From Odoribacter sp. OttesenSCG-928-L07 (GTDB lineage Bacteria > Bacteroidota > Bacteroidia > Bacteroidales > BM520): 64,000 nt of DNA. The stretch lies in the NCBI GenBank assembly GCA_030265965.1, contig JAJDHA010000003.1, positions 4,418 through 68,417 on the forward strand. The letters run 5' to 3'. The translations under genes were made by a program, and so were the position numbers. Of this stretch, positions 1 to 7,798 are shown piece by piece. Numbering within the stretch: the first letter of the stretch is position 1; each line of letters starts with the position of its first letter. Below the pieces are notes generated by a model. That model was not told where the DNA came from and did not search any database. It saw nothing but the letters and a program-made list of their open reading frames with translations.

Positions 1-470
1 CCGTTTGTAGGCTCATCTAAGATTAATAGTTTGGTACTTGCTGCCATAGCAAAAGCTAAAACCGCTTTTTTCTTTTGTCCGAGTGATAATGATTTTAACT
101 TATCAGTTTTTTGAAGTTCAAACTCTTGTAAAAAATTATCGAATTTTACATAGTTGAAGTTTGGATAAAGAGATGAGTAGGAGGCTTCGTATTCCCATAT
201 GCGAATATCAGGAGTATAAACCTCTTCGGGAACAAACATTATTTGTTCCAACATTGACGGTAATCGTTTTTTAGATTCTAATCCGAAAACATTACAAGTG
301 CCGGATTTCGGAAAGCGTAATCCCATTATTATTTTTAATAATGTCGTTTTACCTGTTCCGTTTCTGCCAAGTAAGCCGTAAATCTTACCTTGTGACAAGT
401 TGAGATTCAGGTCATTGAATAGCAGTTTCTTCTTGTCGTAACCGAATTTTAAATTTTTTATTTCTATCAT
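1..470 (-). CDS. ABC transporter ATP-binding protein (C-terminal part cut by window edge)
   Basis: Not in ORF track because it is open at the edge. Reverse translation from ATG 470-468 gives MIEIKNLKFGY... with Walker A GRNGTGKTT, signature LSLGQKKK and Walker B LLILDEP. Confidence 0.85.
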   Translation of the reverse strand, partial: MIEIKNLKFGYDKKKLLFNDLNLNLSQGKIYGLLGRNGTGKTTLLKIIMGLRFPKSGTCNVFGLESKKRLPSMLEQIMFVPEEVYTPDIRIWEYEASYSSLYPNFNYVKFDNFLQEFELQKTDKLKSLSLGQKKKAVLAFAMAASTKLLILDEPTN

Positions 471-618
471 ATCATGCAATATTAGTGTATTAGTTAAATA
501 GTACACAGCGAAGATATAATAGTTTTTTAATATAAACAGTATTTTGTATATTTTTTTTTAAAATATGCAAATTATGTTATTTTGTAATTATGTCATAACG
601 CTCATCAATATAAATAGC

Positions 619-626
619 TATTTTTG
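619..626 (+). promoter_or_regulatory. Bacteroidota -7 box TATTTTTG (sdaA)
   Basis: Matches TAnnTTTG, 19 nt before ATG 646. Confidence 0.5.
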
Positions 627-645
627 CAAAATCAAAACGTCAATT

Positions 646-1845
646 ATGGATTCTATTAAAAAGATATTCAAAATAGGATACGGTCCTTCGAGTTCTCATA
701 CAATGGGACCGGTTAATGCTTGCAATAAATTTCTTGAGAATGTAAGAGATGCTGCAAGTTACAAAGTTATTCTCTATGGAAGTCTTGCCGCAACAGGAAA
801 AGGTCACCTTACCGACCTCGCCCTGGAAAGACAATTTCCAAAAAATAATCTTGTTATTGAATGGCAACCTAAAATTATATTACCTGAACATCCTAATGGA
901 ATGGAATTTTTTGCTTATGATGCTGATGGCAACATAATTAAACAACAAAAATATTTCAGTTTAGGTGGTGGAGATATTTCTACTAATGCTTCGCGCGGGA
1001 AAGAAAATATGGTTTACGAATTATCAACCATGCAAGAAATTCTTGATTATCTGAAAACTCGGAGAATATGGGAATATGTTGATGAATGTGAAGGCAGTGA
1101 GATTTGGGATTATTTGGGAGAAGTGTGGCATATTATGCAGGAATCTATACACAACGGATTGGAGCATGAAAGTACCTTGCCCGGAGTTCTCAAACTTCCA
1201 AGAAAAGCTTCATCTGTTTTCAGCAGGTTGCAAGGTATGAACCACGCACTTAAACAAAGGTATTCTGCTATGGCTTACGCATTTGCAGTTGCTGAGGAAA
1301 ATGCCAGCGGCGGGAAAATAGTTACTGCACCAACATGCGGATCTTCAGGAATTTTACCAGCTGTTTTAAATGTCTATACCAACTTTTATGAAAAGAATGA
1401 TAAGAAGATTCTACATGCTTTGGCTACAGCAGGATTAATTGGTAATCTCATCAAATACAACGCGTCTATTAGCGGCGCCGAAGTTGGTTGTCAAGGCGAA
1501 GTTGGCGCTGCATGCTCGATGGCTGCCGGCGCAATGTGCCAATTAATTGGCGGATCTCCTTATCAAATAGAATATGCTGCTGAAATGGGTCTCGAACATC
1601 ACCTTGGACTTACTTGCGATCCGGTTTGCGGATTAGTGCAAGTGCCTTGTATTGAGCGAAATGCTTTTGCAGCTGTTCGAGCAATTGATGCCGGATTTTA
1701 TTCGCTATTTACAGATGGTAAGCATTTAATTAGTTTTGATAGAGTGGTGAAAGTGATGAAAGCAACCGGTCATGATTTACCTTCATTATATAAAGAAACG
1801 TCAATGGGCGGATTAGCTTCCGGTCAGGTTTGTAATGTGGAATAA
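646..1845 (+). CDS. sdaA: L-serine ammonia-lyase (Fe-S dependent L-serine dehydratase, single chain)
   Basis: ORF 565-1845. Has GYGPSSSHTMGP, APTCGSSG and GCQGEVG motifs. Start moved to ATG 646 (MDSIKKIFKIGYGPSS), 19 nt after the TATTTTTG box at 619-626. Confidence 0.9.
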   Translation: MDSIKKIFKIGYGPSSSHTMGPVNACNKFLENVRDAASYKVILYGSLAATGKGHLTDLALERQFPKNNLVIEWQPKIILPEHPNGMEFFAYDADGNIIKQQKYFSLGGGDISTNASRGKENMVYELSTMQEILDYLKTRRIWEYVDECEGSEIWDYLGEVWHIMQESIHNGLEHESTLPGVLKLPRKASSVFSRLQGMNHALKQRYSAMAYAFAVAEENASGGKIVTAPTCGSSGILPAVLNVYTNFYEKNDKKILHALATAGLIGNLIKYNASISGAEVGCQGEVGAACSMAAGAMCQLIGGSPYQIEYAAEMGLEHHLGLTCDPVCGLVQVPCIERNAFAAVRAIDAGFYSLFTDGKHLISFDRVVKVMKATGHDLPSLYKETSMGGLASGQVCNVE

Positions 1846-1848
1846 TTT

Positions 1849-2280
1849 ATGGCTGACTATAATCCTATTGTAAGAACCAACACGGAGAATAAACGCGAGA
1901 TCTTTGATCCTGTTCGCAAACGTTATGTTGCTCTTACGGAGGAAGAATCGGTGAGGCAATTTATTATTTTTCTACTCAACTCTAAATTGAACGTTTCGTA
2001 CGCGCTCATGGGTGTTGAAAAACAAATAAAAGTTTGTTCAATGATTAAACGACCGGATATTATTGTTTTTGATAATAAAGGAAATGTCAAAATTATAGTT
2101 GAATGTAAAGCGCCAAACATAGAAATTAATCAAGAAACCTTAGATCAAATTATCAGATACAATATGACGTTGAAAGCAAAATATCTGATCTTAACCAACG
2201 GCAAAAACATCTATTGTGTCGAATGTAACAATAACGAAGCAAAACAAGTTGCTTTTCAAGACATTGTCTTGAATAACTGA
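1849..2280 (+). CDS. Type I restriction enzyme HsdR N-terminal domain-like small PD-(D/E)xK protein
   Basis: 143 aa. RPDIIVFDNKGNVKIIVECKAP matches the D...ExK nuclease-fold core. Overall pattern matches the small stand-alone HsdR_N family common in Bacteroidota. Starts 3 nt after the sdaA stop. Confidence 0.7.
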   Translation: MADYNPIVRTNTENKREIFDPVRKRYVALTEEESVRQFIIFLLNSKLNVSYALMGVEKQIKVCSMIKRPDIIVFDNKGNVKIIVECKAPNIEINQETLDQIIRYNMTLKAKYLILTNGKNIYCVECNNNEAKQVAFQDIVLNN

Positions 2281-2285
2281 AAAAA

Positions 2286-2375
2286 GCCGATAAAACCGAT
2301 AAAGCCGATAAAGCCGATAAAACCGATAAAGCCGATAAAGCCGATAAAATGGATAAAACGGATAAAGTCGATAAA
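2286..2375 (+). repeat. Nonamer tandem array (CCGATAAAR) x10
   Basis: GCCGATAAA ACCGATAAA GCCGATAAA ... GTCGATAAA, 90 bp, directly after the HsdR_N gene stop. Confidence 0.95.
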
Positions 2376-2478
2376 TTAGCAAGACACCGCAGGTGTCAAA
2401 TATCCATAACCCCATGCAAGCGCAACGCCGCGTGAGAGATTGCAGCGATACCCCGCAGCGCATGGGATATGAATGGTA

Positions 2479-2498
2479 GAGACGCAATTCATTGCGTC
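2479..2498. repeat. AGACG...CGTCT hairpin module
   Basis: AGACGCAAT-TC-ATTGCGTCT, flanked by GTAG and GTAC. Confidence 0.8.
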
Positions 2499-2573
2499 TG
2501 TACTCTACAGTATCGCAGTACCACATGTAGCATATCGCAGCATGGGGATTGCAACGTTGCAGCGAGTAAGAAG

Positions 2574-2594
2574 AGACAGGGCACTGCCCTGTCT
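2574..2594. repeat. AGACA...TGTCT hairpin module
   Basis: AGACAGGGC-A-CTGCCCTGTCT-type palindrome followed by GTAC. Confidence 0.75.
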
Positions 2595-2675
2595 GTACAA
2601 AAGCGGAAAGCCCGACCCGAACGAAGTGAGGGGCACGCCCAAATAATTGAAAATTGAAAATTAAAAATAATATGT

Positions 2676-2706
2676 GAATTCTGAAAATTCTGTCATTCTG
2701 TCTATA
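2676..2706 (-). repeat. 37-bp boundary element (consensus ATAGACAGAATGACAGAATTTTCAGAATTAACAGAAT), partial copy
   Basis: GAATTCTGAAAATTCTGTCATTCTGTCTATA, 12 nt before the murB ATG. Confidence 0.85.
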
Positions 2707-2718
2707 AAATTACCATTT

Positions 2719-3747
2719 ATGATCAATATAAAATCGAATATATCATTAAAAAGCTACAATACTTTTGGTGTTGATGCGAATGCAAAATATTTTGTTGAAA
2801 TAAATACAAAAGATGACTTGTTAGAACTGTTTGAAAATCCAATTTTTCAGCAAGAGAAACATTTTATTTTAGGCAGTGGAGCAAATGTGATCTTTTCTTC
2901 TGATTATGAAGGAATTATTATTAAATCAAACATCAACAATATAGAAATTATTGATGAGGATGATGAAAATGTTTACATAAATGTTGGTTCAGGTGTTGAT
3001 TGGAATGATTTCATAAGCTTTGCTGTAGAGCATTCATTTTCAGGAATAGAAAATTTGATTGGTATTCCAAGTCAATGTGGAAGTGCAGTAGTTCAAAATA
3101 TCGGCGCTTATGGAATGGAAGTTAAGGATAGCGTAGAAAAGGTTTTTACAGTAGAAATGTTTGATGAACATAATGTAGTAGCTTTTAACAATGAAGATTG
3201 TAAATTTTCTTACCGGAGTTCTATTTTTAAAGAGAAGAAAAATATTGGAAAATATTACATTACAAACATTGTGTTTCGACTTAGAAAGTCGTTTGTGCCG
3301 TGTATAAATTACAGAGAGCTAACAGTAAAATTTGCAAAAGTAGATGCCAAGAAGATTCGTATAAAAGATATTTGTAATGCTGTATCAGAAATACGTGCGA
3401 ATAAATTACCCGATTATAAAATTTGCGGTAACGCCGGAAGTTTTTTTAAAAATCCGGTTGTTGAATATTCAAAGTATGAAAAAATTATTAAAGACAATTC
3501 TCTTTCAACGTATAAAGTTGAAGAAAATACTACTTCTGTAAAACTTTCAGCTGCGCAATTGATTGAGCTTACAGGATTAAAAGGACAGAGTAGAGGAAAA
3601 GTTGGTGTTTCTAAACAACATTCTCTTGTCCTTTGCAACTTAGGAGGTGCATCCGGACAAGAGATTGTAAATTTTTCCAATATGGTAATTTCGGCTGTCA
3701 ACAGAAAGTTTGGAGTATTGTTGGAGCCGGAGATTATTGTGGTTTAG
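2719..3747 (+). CDS. murB: UDP-N-acetylenolpyruvoylglucosamine reductase
   Basis: ORF 2674-3747. Motifs SYNTFGV, ILGSGANV and AGSFFKNP. Start moved to ATG 2719 because 2676-2706 is a copy of the 37-bp boundary repeat. Confidence 0.85.
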   Translation: MINIKSNISLKSYNTFGVDANAKYFVEINTKDDLLELFENPIFQQEKHFILGSGANVIFSSDYEGIIIKSNINNIEIIDEDDENVYINVGSGVDWNDFISFAVEHSFSGIENLIGIPSQCGSAVVQNIGAYGMEVKDSVEKVFTVEMFDEHNVVAFNNEDCKFSYRSSIFKEKKNIGKYYITNIVFRLRKSFVPCINYRELTVKFAKVDAKKIRIKDICNAVSEIRANKLPDYKICGNAGSFFKNPVVEYSKYEKIIKDNSLSTYKVEENTTSVKLSAAQLIELTGLKGQSRGKVGVSKQHSLVLCNLGGASGQEIVNFSNMVISAVNRKFGVLLEPEIIVV

Positions 3748-5516
3748 AATTTCCGGATAGGTCTAACTCTAAAGGTTTTAGATTTGCTGTCATCGGTAAA
3801 TGATGCATTGTTATAATAATAACTTACTTTACAACATCTTGCTTTAAGGTTGTCAACTTCATTTGAAGTCCAATAATATTCATTGTCATAGAAATTTGCT
3901 TCTCCCATAAAGTAATAATTGTATTCCATTAAAATATTGAATTCAAATTCACTTGGCAGGTACCAATCATTGTATCCTCCAATGTTTGCTTCTGCACATA
4001 AGTTAGCGGCATAATTTCCGACTCCTTGAGCTTCAATAATCTTATTTGTATTTTCATTACCATCGGAACTTGTTGCACCAGTTACAATATATAAATTATT
4101 GTACCATTTATATTTGGTATTTAAATCTTCTTCAGCCATAATTAAACCATGCTCTCCAGATTCATCCACGTAGAATATTATACCGCCTTGATGCTGAGAT
4201 CCAACTTGGAATGGTGCTTTAAACATCTTTTCATCGCTATATCCTATTCCAGCAGAATTTTCGGCAACTGCTTTAAAATAATATGTTTTGTTGCCTTCTA
4301 AATTCATATATGAATGAAATATATTCTCATAACTGTGTTCAGAATGATTGTAATTGTCATTTATTGTAGGGTTTGGTGATTCACTCCAGCAAAAGCCTGT
4401 CGAAATAATATCGTCGAAGTAGGAGTTAACGACAGTGCCGTACAAACTATATGTAGAAATATATTCTTGAGATATACTTCCCATATTTACTTCGGGTACT
4501 TGAACTTTATTAAATGATATTGCGTCTAAATATATAGAAGTACCGCTTTTTGATTCCCATCTAAATTGATGTGTCCCAACATTAATTGGTAAACTCCATT
4601 TTATCCAAGTCCCTAAATCCTCAGTTGTAAAACTTGAGCTGGAAATTATATTTCCATCAATATAAAAATCAAAAGAATAATAACCAGTTGTGGTATGAAA
4701 CTCCATATAGCCATTTGTGTCAAATGTTTTTATTGTGGTTACAACAGAACCTACTTGTACTGTCTTAATTGAATACATATCGTCTTGGCCTAATGTGTTT
4801 TCTATTTGCCAACCTTGTAAATTCCATGAACTCGGAATATTCCCGTTTGAAAATGTAACAAAGTCGGGACTTTCTGTTCCGACTACAGTTTTAATTTTAA
4901 TTGTTGACACAACCTTTGTGCCTTGATTATTAATGGCAATGGCTTTTAGAGTGTGAAAACCCTCAGATAAACTTCCACTTGGAATAGAATATTTATAAGG
5001 CGTTTCAGTCAAAATTTTAATTAATTCATCATCAATATATAATTCAACTTCTGTAACTTCTCCAGCATCATCAGTTGCTTCAATTTCAACTAATATTTCT
5101 CCATCAAGATTATATTCTTCTCCATTAGCCGGATTAATAAATGCACATTTTAATGTATTACCCGGATCGTCACCTTCCTTAACAATTATGCTAATCGAAG
5201 TTTCTCCGCGCGCACCTTCATTGTCAATGGCATAAGCTGTTAGTTTGTGTGTTCCTGGTGTAAGTAGTTCACTTTCAAAAAAAGCACTATAAGGTGGTGT
5301 GGTAAATGTTTTCTGAATTACTTCATCAATAAAAAATCGTACTTCATTCACACTGCCGTCTTCATCAAATGCATTTATTAGTAATGTCAACGGTATATTA
5401 CTGTACATCTCTGCTCCGTCTTGTGGCGAAATAAATTGACAAACAGGTTCAATGTTTTTCTTACAACCACTAAAAACTATAATAGCTGCAATTAATAAGT
5501 AAATTAGTTTCTTCAT
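3744..5516 (-). CDS. Multidomain lipoprotein: two Ig-like repeats, central beta-rich region, FN3-like domain, C-terminal DUF1566 (Lcl C-terminal-like) domain
   Basis: Lipobox MKKLIYLLIAAIIVFSGC. Two internally similar ~90-aa units (CQFISPQDGAE... / CAFINPANGEE...). C-terminal GGYNDWYLPSEFEF...YWTSNE resembles DUF1566. Confidence 0.6.
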   Translation of the reverse strand: MKKLIYLLIAAIIVFSGCKKNIEPVCQFISPQDGAEMYSNIPLTLLINAFDEDGSVNEVRFFIDEVIQKTFTTPPYSAFFESELLTPGTHKLTAYAIDNEGARGETSISIIVKEGDDPGNTLKCAFINPANGEEYNLDGEILVEIEATDDAGEVTEVELYIDDELIKILTETPYKYSIPSGSLSEGFHTLKAIAINNQGTKVVSTIKIKTVVGTESPDFVTFSNGNIPSSWNLQGWQIENTLGQDDMYSIKTVQVGSVVTTIKTFDTNGYMEFHTTTGYYSFDFYIDGNIISSSSFTTEDLGTWIKWSLPINVGTHQFRWESKSGTSIYLDAISFNKVQVPEVNMGSISQEYISTYSLYGTVVNSYFDDIISTGFCWSESPNPTINDNYNHSEHSYENIFHSYMNLEGNKTYYFKAVAENSAGIGYSDEKMFKAPFQVGSQHQGGIIFYVDESGEHGLIMAEEDLNTKYKWYNNLYIVTGATSSDGNENTNKIIEAQGVGNYAANLCAEANIGGYNDWYLPSEFEFNILMEYNYYFMGEANFYDNEYYWTSNEVDNLKARCCKVSYYYNNASFTDDSKSKTFRVRPIRKF

Positions 5517-5547
5517 AAAGAGTTTTGGTATTTTTTTTTAATTTCTG

Positions 5548-5555
5548 CAAAAATA
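5548..5555 (-). promoter_or_regulatory. -7 box TATTTTTG (590-aa lipoprotein)
   Basis: Reverse complement of CAAAAATA, 31 nt before ATG 5516. Confidence 0.5.
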
Positions 5556-5671
5556 TTATAACTGACACAAATCATATTTACATATAAACATACAAAGCTT
5601 GTCTATTTCCGTAGATTTTATATAAAATATACAGAAATAGACAAGCTAAAGTTATAAAATAAAAAACAAAA

Positions 5672-5706
5672 TCTGTCAATTCTGAAAATTCTGTCATCCT
5701 GTCTAT
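5672..5706 (-). repeat. 37-bp boundary element
   Basis: TCTGTCAATTCTGAAAATTCTGTCATCCTGTCTAT. Contains the gcvT stop. Confidence 0.9.
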
Positions 5707-6821
5707 TGACCACTCCAAAACGGAGTTTTCGTAATTTTTGCTTTAAGCATTTTATCTCTAACCTTAATATATATCTCGGTTCCAAGTTTCGAATATTCTT
5801 CGGCAATATATCCTAATCCGATTCCTATTTTCAACATTGGGGACATTGTGCCTGATGTAACTTCACCGATAACATCGCCGTTTGCATTGCAAATTTCATA
5901 ATGTTGACGAGGAATACCTCTGTCTTCTAAGATAAACGGTTTCAAACGTTTTTTAATGCCGTCTGCTTTAAGTTTTAACATTTTGTCTTTATCAACAAAA
6001 TCGTTGTCGTCGGTAAATTTTGTGATCCATCCTAATCCGGCTTCAATCGGACTTGTTGTGTCGTCGATATCATTTCCGTATAGACAGAATCCTGATTCTA
6101 AGCGTAATGTGTCGCGAGCACCTAAGCCAATTGGTTTGATGCCGTACTCAGCGCCGGCTTCGAAAACAGCATTCCAAAGTTTTTCAGCATCTTGATTTTT
6201 AACATAGATTTCACAACCACCGGAACCGGTATAGCCTGTAGTTGAAAATATCGCATCTTTTATCCCAGCAAATTCAATAAATTTACAATGATAATATTCC
6301 ATATCTTCAATAGGCTCATTTGTAAGTTTTTGCATAGCCTTAAGAGCCAATGGACCTTGAACCGCAAGCTGGCAATATTCGTCGGAAGCATTAATAAAAT
6401 CTTTGCCGGGAACAATGTTAAATTCCGCTGCAAATTGAGCACACCAGTTATAATCTTTATCAATATTTGAAGCATTTACAACAAGAAAGTACAACTCGTC
6501 ATTAAAACGATAAACTAATAAATCGTCAACAATGCCTCCTTTTCCGTTAGGGAAACAAGAATATTGAACTCTACCGTCGTAAAGATCATTAACATTATTA
6601 GTAGTAATTTTTTGAATGAATGCTGTAGCATTCGGACCTTTAACCCAAAATTCGCCCATGTGCGATACATCGAAAACTCCAATTGCTTTGCGCACTGTTT
6701 CGTGTTCAATATTAATACCTTCAAATTGTACAGGCATAATAAATCCAGCAAACGGAACCATTTTGCCGCCGGCTTTCTCAACCAACTCTCTAAAAGCGGT
6801 TTGTTTTAATACTTCTTCCAT
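5703..6821 (-). CDS. gcvT: Glycine cleavage system aminomethyltransferase T
   Basis: 372 aa with family-typical sequence ([32 protein letters not shown]). Stop TAG lies inside the 37-bp boundary repeat. Confidence 0.9.
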   Translation of the reverse strand: MEEVLKQTAFRELVEKAGGKMVPFAGFIMPVQFEGINIEHETVRKAIGVFDVSHMGEFWVKGPNATAFIQKITTNNVNDLYDGRVQYSCFPNGKGGIVDDLLVYRFNDELYFLVVNASNIDKDYNWCAQFAAEFNIVPGKDFINASDEYCQLAVQGPLALKAMQKLTNEPIEDMEYYHCKFIEFAGIKDAIFSTTGYTGSGGCEIYVKNQDAEKLWNAVFEAGAEYGIKPIGLGARDTLRLESGFCLYGNDIDDTTSPIEAGLGWITKFTDDNDFVDKDKMLKLKADGIKKRLKPFILEDRGIPRQHYEICNANGDVIGEVTSGTMSPMLKIGIGLGYIAEEYSKLGTEIYIKVRDKMLKAKITKTPFWSGQ

Positions 6822-6856
6822 ATATTTTTATTTTTAATTAAATTTTCGATAGTTTG

Positions 6857-6900
6857 CAAAGATAATAAATAGTTGAAAGTTGAAAGTTGAAAGTTGAAAA
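6857..6900 (-). promoter_or_regulatory. Heptad promoter cassette (TTTCAAC)n + TATTTATTATCTTTG driving gcvT
   Basis: Minus strand reads TTTTCAACTTTCAACTTTCAACTTTCAACTATTTATTATCTTTG. -7 box TATCTTTG, ATG 35 nt downstream. Confidence 0.65.
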
Positions 6901-6977
6901 TTTAATTGGAAATTGATGAATTGATGAATTGGGAAATTTCGAAATTGAAAAACTAACACATACATAATAATTCTGTT

Positions 6978-7022
6978 GGGATTAAATATCCGTAGCCACG
7001 GGTGAACGCAGTGAACCCGTGG
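6978..7022 (+). repeat. GGGATTAAATATC...CCACGGGTGAACGCAGTGAACCCGTGG element
   Basis: Contains an 8-bp stem CCACGGGT / ACCCGTGG. Confidence 0.8.
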
Positions 7023-7048
7023 TGATGTGTTGATTAGATGAAAATGCA

Positions 7049-7075
7049 AAAGTCCCCTTTAGGGGATTTAGGGGC
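7049..7075 (+). repeat. 27-bp hairpin element AAAGTCCCCTTTAGGGGATTTAGGGGC
   Basis: Exact match to the family consensus. TCCCC-TTTA-GGGGA stem-loop. Confidence 0.9.
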
Positions 7076-7123
7076 AAAATGATGTGCTGATGTGATAATT
7101 GTTTTCAAAATAAAAAAATATAT

Positions 7124-7131
7124 TAGTTTTG
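7124..7131 (+). promoter_or_regulatory. -7 box TAGTTTTG (coaD)
   Basis: Matches TAnnTTTG, 22 nt before the ATG. Confidence 0.5.
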
Positions 7132-7153
7132 TAGCCTAAAACAAAAATCAATC

Positions 7154-7636
7154 ATGACGAAAAGAATAGCTGTTTTTCCGGGCTCATTTGATCCGGTAAC
7201 ACAAGGTCACGAAGCTATAATACTCAGAGCTTTAAATGTTTTTGATGAAATTATTGTAGCTGTCGGTGTTAATATCGAAAAGAGATATCTTTTTTCTGTT
7301 GAAACACGCACAAAATGGATTAAACAAACTTTTAAAGATTATCCGCAAGTTAGAGTTGAAAGTTATACAGGATTAACCGTTGACTTTTGTAAGAAAGTTG
7401 GTTCGAAGTTTATTATTAGAGGATTGCGCACATCTGCCGACTTTGAGTTTGAAAGAATTGCAGGGCAAGTTAACAAGAAACTTAGTTCGGATATTGAAAC
7501 TGTTTTTTTGCTTGCCGCTCCAGAGTTTACGGCACTAAATTCATCTGTTGTAAGAGATATTGTAATTAATGGCGGCAACGCATCTATCTTTGTTCCGGAA
7601 GGCGTTATCATTCGTCCGGAAGATTTGGAGTATTAG
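7154..7636 (+). CDS. coaD: Phosphopantetheine adenylyltransferase
   Basis: 160 aa. AVFPGSFDPVTQGH (HxGH nucleotidyltransferase motif). TAGTTTTG box 22 nt upstream. Confidence 0.92.
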   Translation: MTKRIAVFPGSFDPVTQGHEAIILRALNVFDEIIVAVGVNIEKRYLFSVETRTKWIKQTFKDYPQVRVESYTGLTVDFCKKVGSKFIIRGLRTSADFEFERIAGQVNKKLSSDIETVFLLAAPEFTALNSSVVRDIVINGGNASIFVPEGVIIRPEDLEY

Positions 7637-7674
7637 GAGATTATAATTGAAAACTGAAGATTTTATTATTGTAG

Positions 7675-7694
7675 AGACGTTGCGCGCAACGTCT
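7675..7694. repeat. AGACG...CGTCT hairpin module
   Basis: AGACGTTGCGCGCAACGTCT, a perfect 20-bp palindrome preceded by GTAG, 39 nt after the coaD stop. Confidence 0.85.
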
Positions 7695-7696
7695 GA

Positions 7697-7759
7697 ATGG
7701 ATAAATAGATAAAACCGATAAAATGGATAAAATCGATAAAATGGATAAAATAGATAAAG
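7697..7759 (+). repeat. Nonamer tandem array (NNGATAAAR) x7
   Basis: ATGGATAAA TAGATAAAA CCGATAAAA TGGATAAAA TCGATAAAA TGGATAAAA TAGATAAAG. Confidence 0.95.
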
Positions 7760-7798
7760 AATTCTATAGATTCTGAAAACTCTTTCATTCTGTCTATA
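7760..7798 (-). repeat. 37-bp boundary element (diverged)
   Basis: AATTCTATAGATTCTGAAAACTCTTTCATTCTGTCTATA, ending 1 nt before ATG 7799. Confidence 0.8.

Larger units (their letters stand above)
2426..2640 (+). repeat. GC-rich dispersed element, copy split by a ~139-bp insertion
   Basis: Left half 2426-2460 (CGCCGCGTGAGAGATTGCAGCGATACCCCGCAGCG) and right half 2600-2640 (AAGCGGAAAGCCCGACCCGAACGAAGTGAGGGGCACGCCC) are contiguous at the other two loci. Confidence 0.8.

Noticed and set aside
565-645. N-terminal extensions offered by the track for sdaA (565), murB (2674), the FG-GAP protein (45941), recQ (49648), the TPR protein (53381) and hup (53427).
   Set aside because: The extensions run through promoter boxes or repeat elements and have hydrophobic, low-complexity content. 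Internal ATGs give family-typical N-termini at sensible distances from TAnnTTTG boxes.
6822-7153. Glycine riboswitch upstream of gcvT.
   Set aside because: The leader is only about 35 nt after the cassette -7 box. The remaining upstream DNA consists of repeat modules, and no conserved glycine-aptamer core was recognisable.
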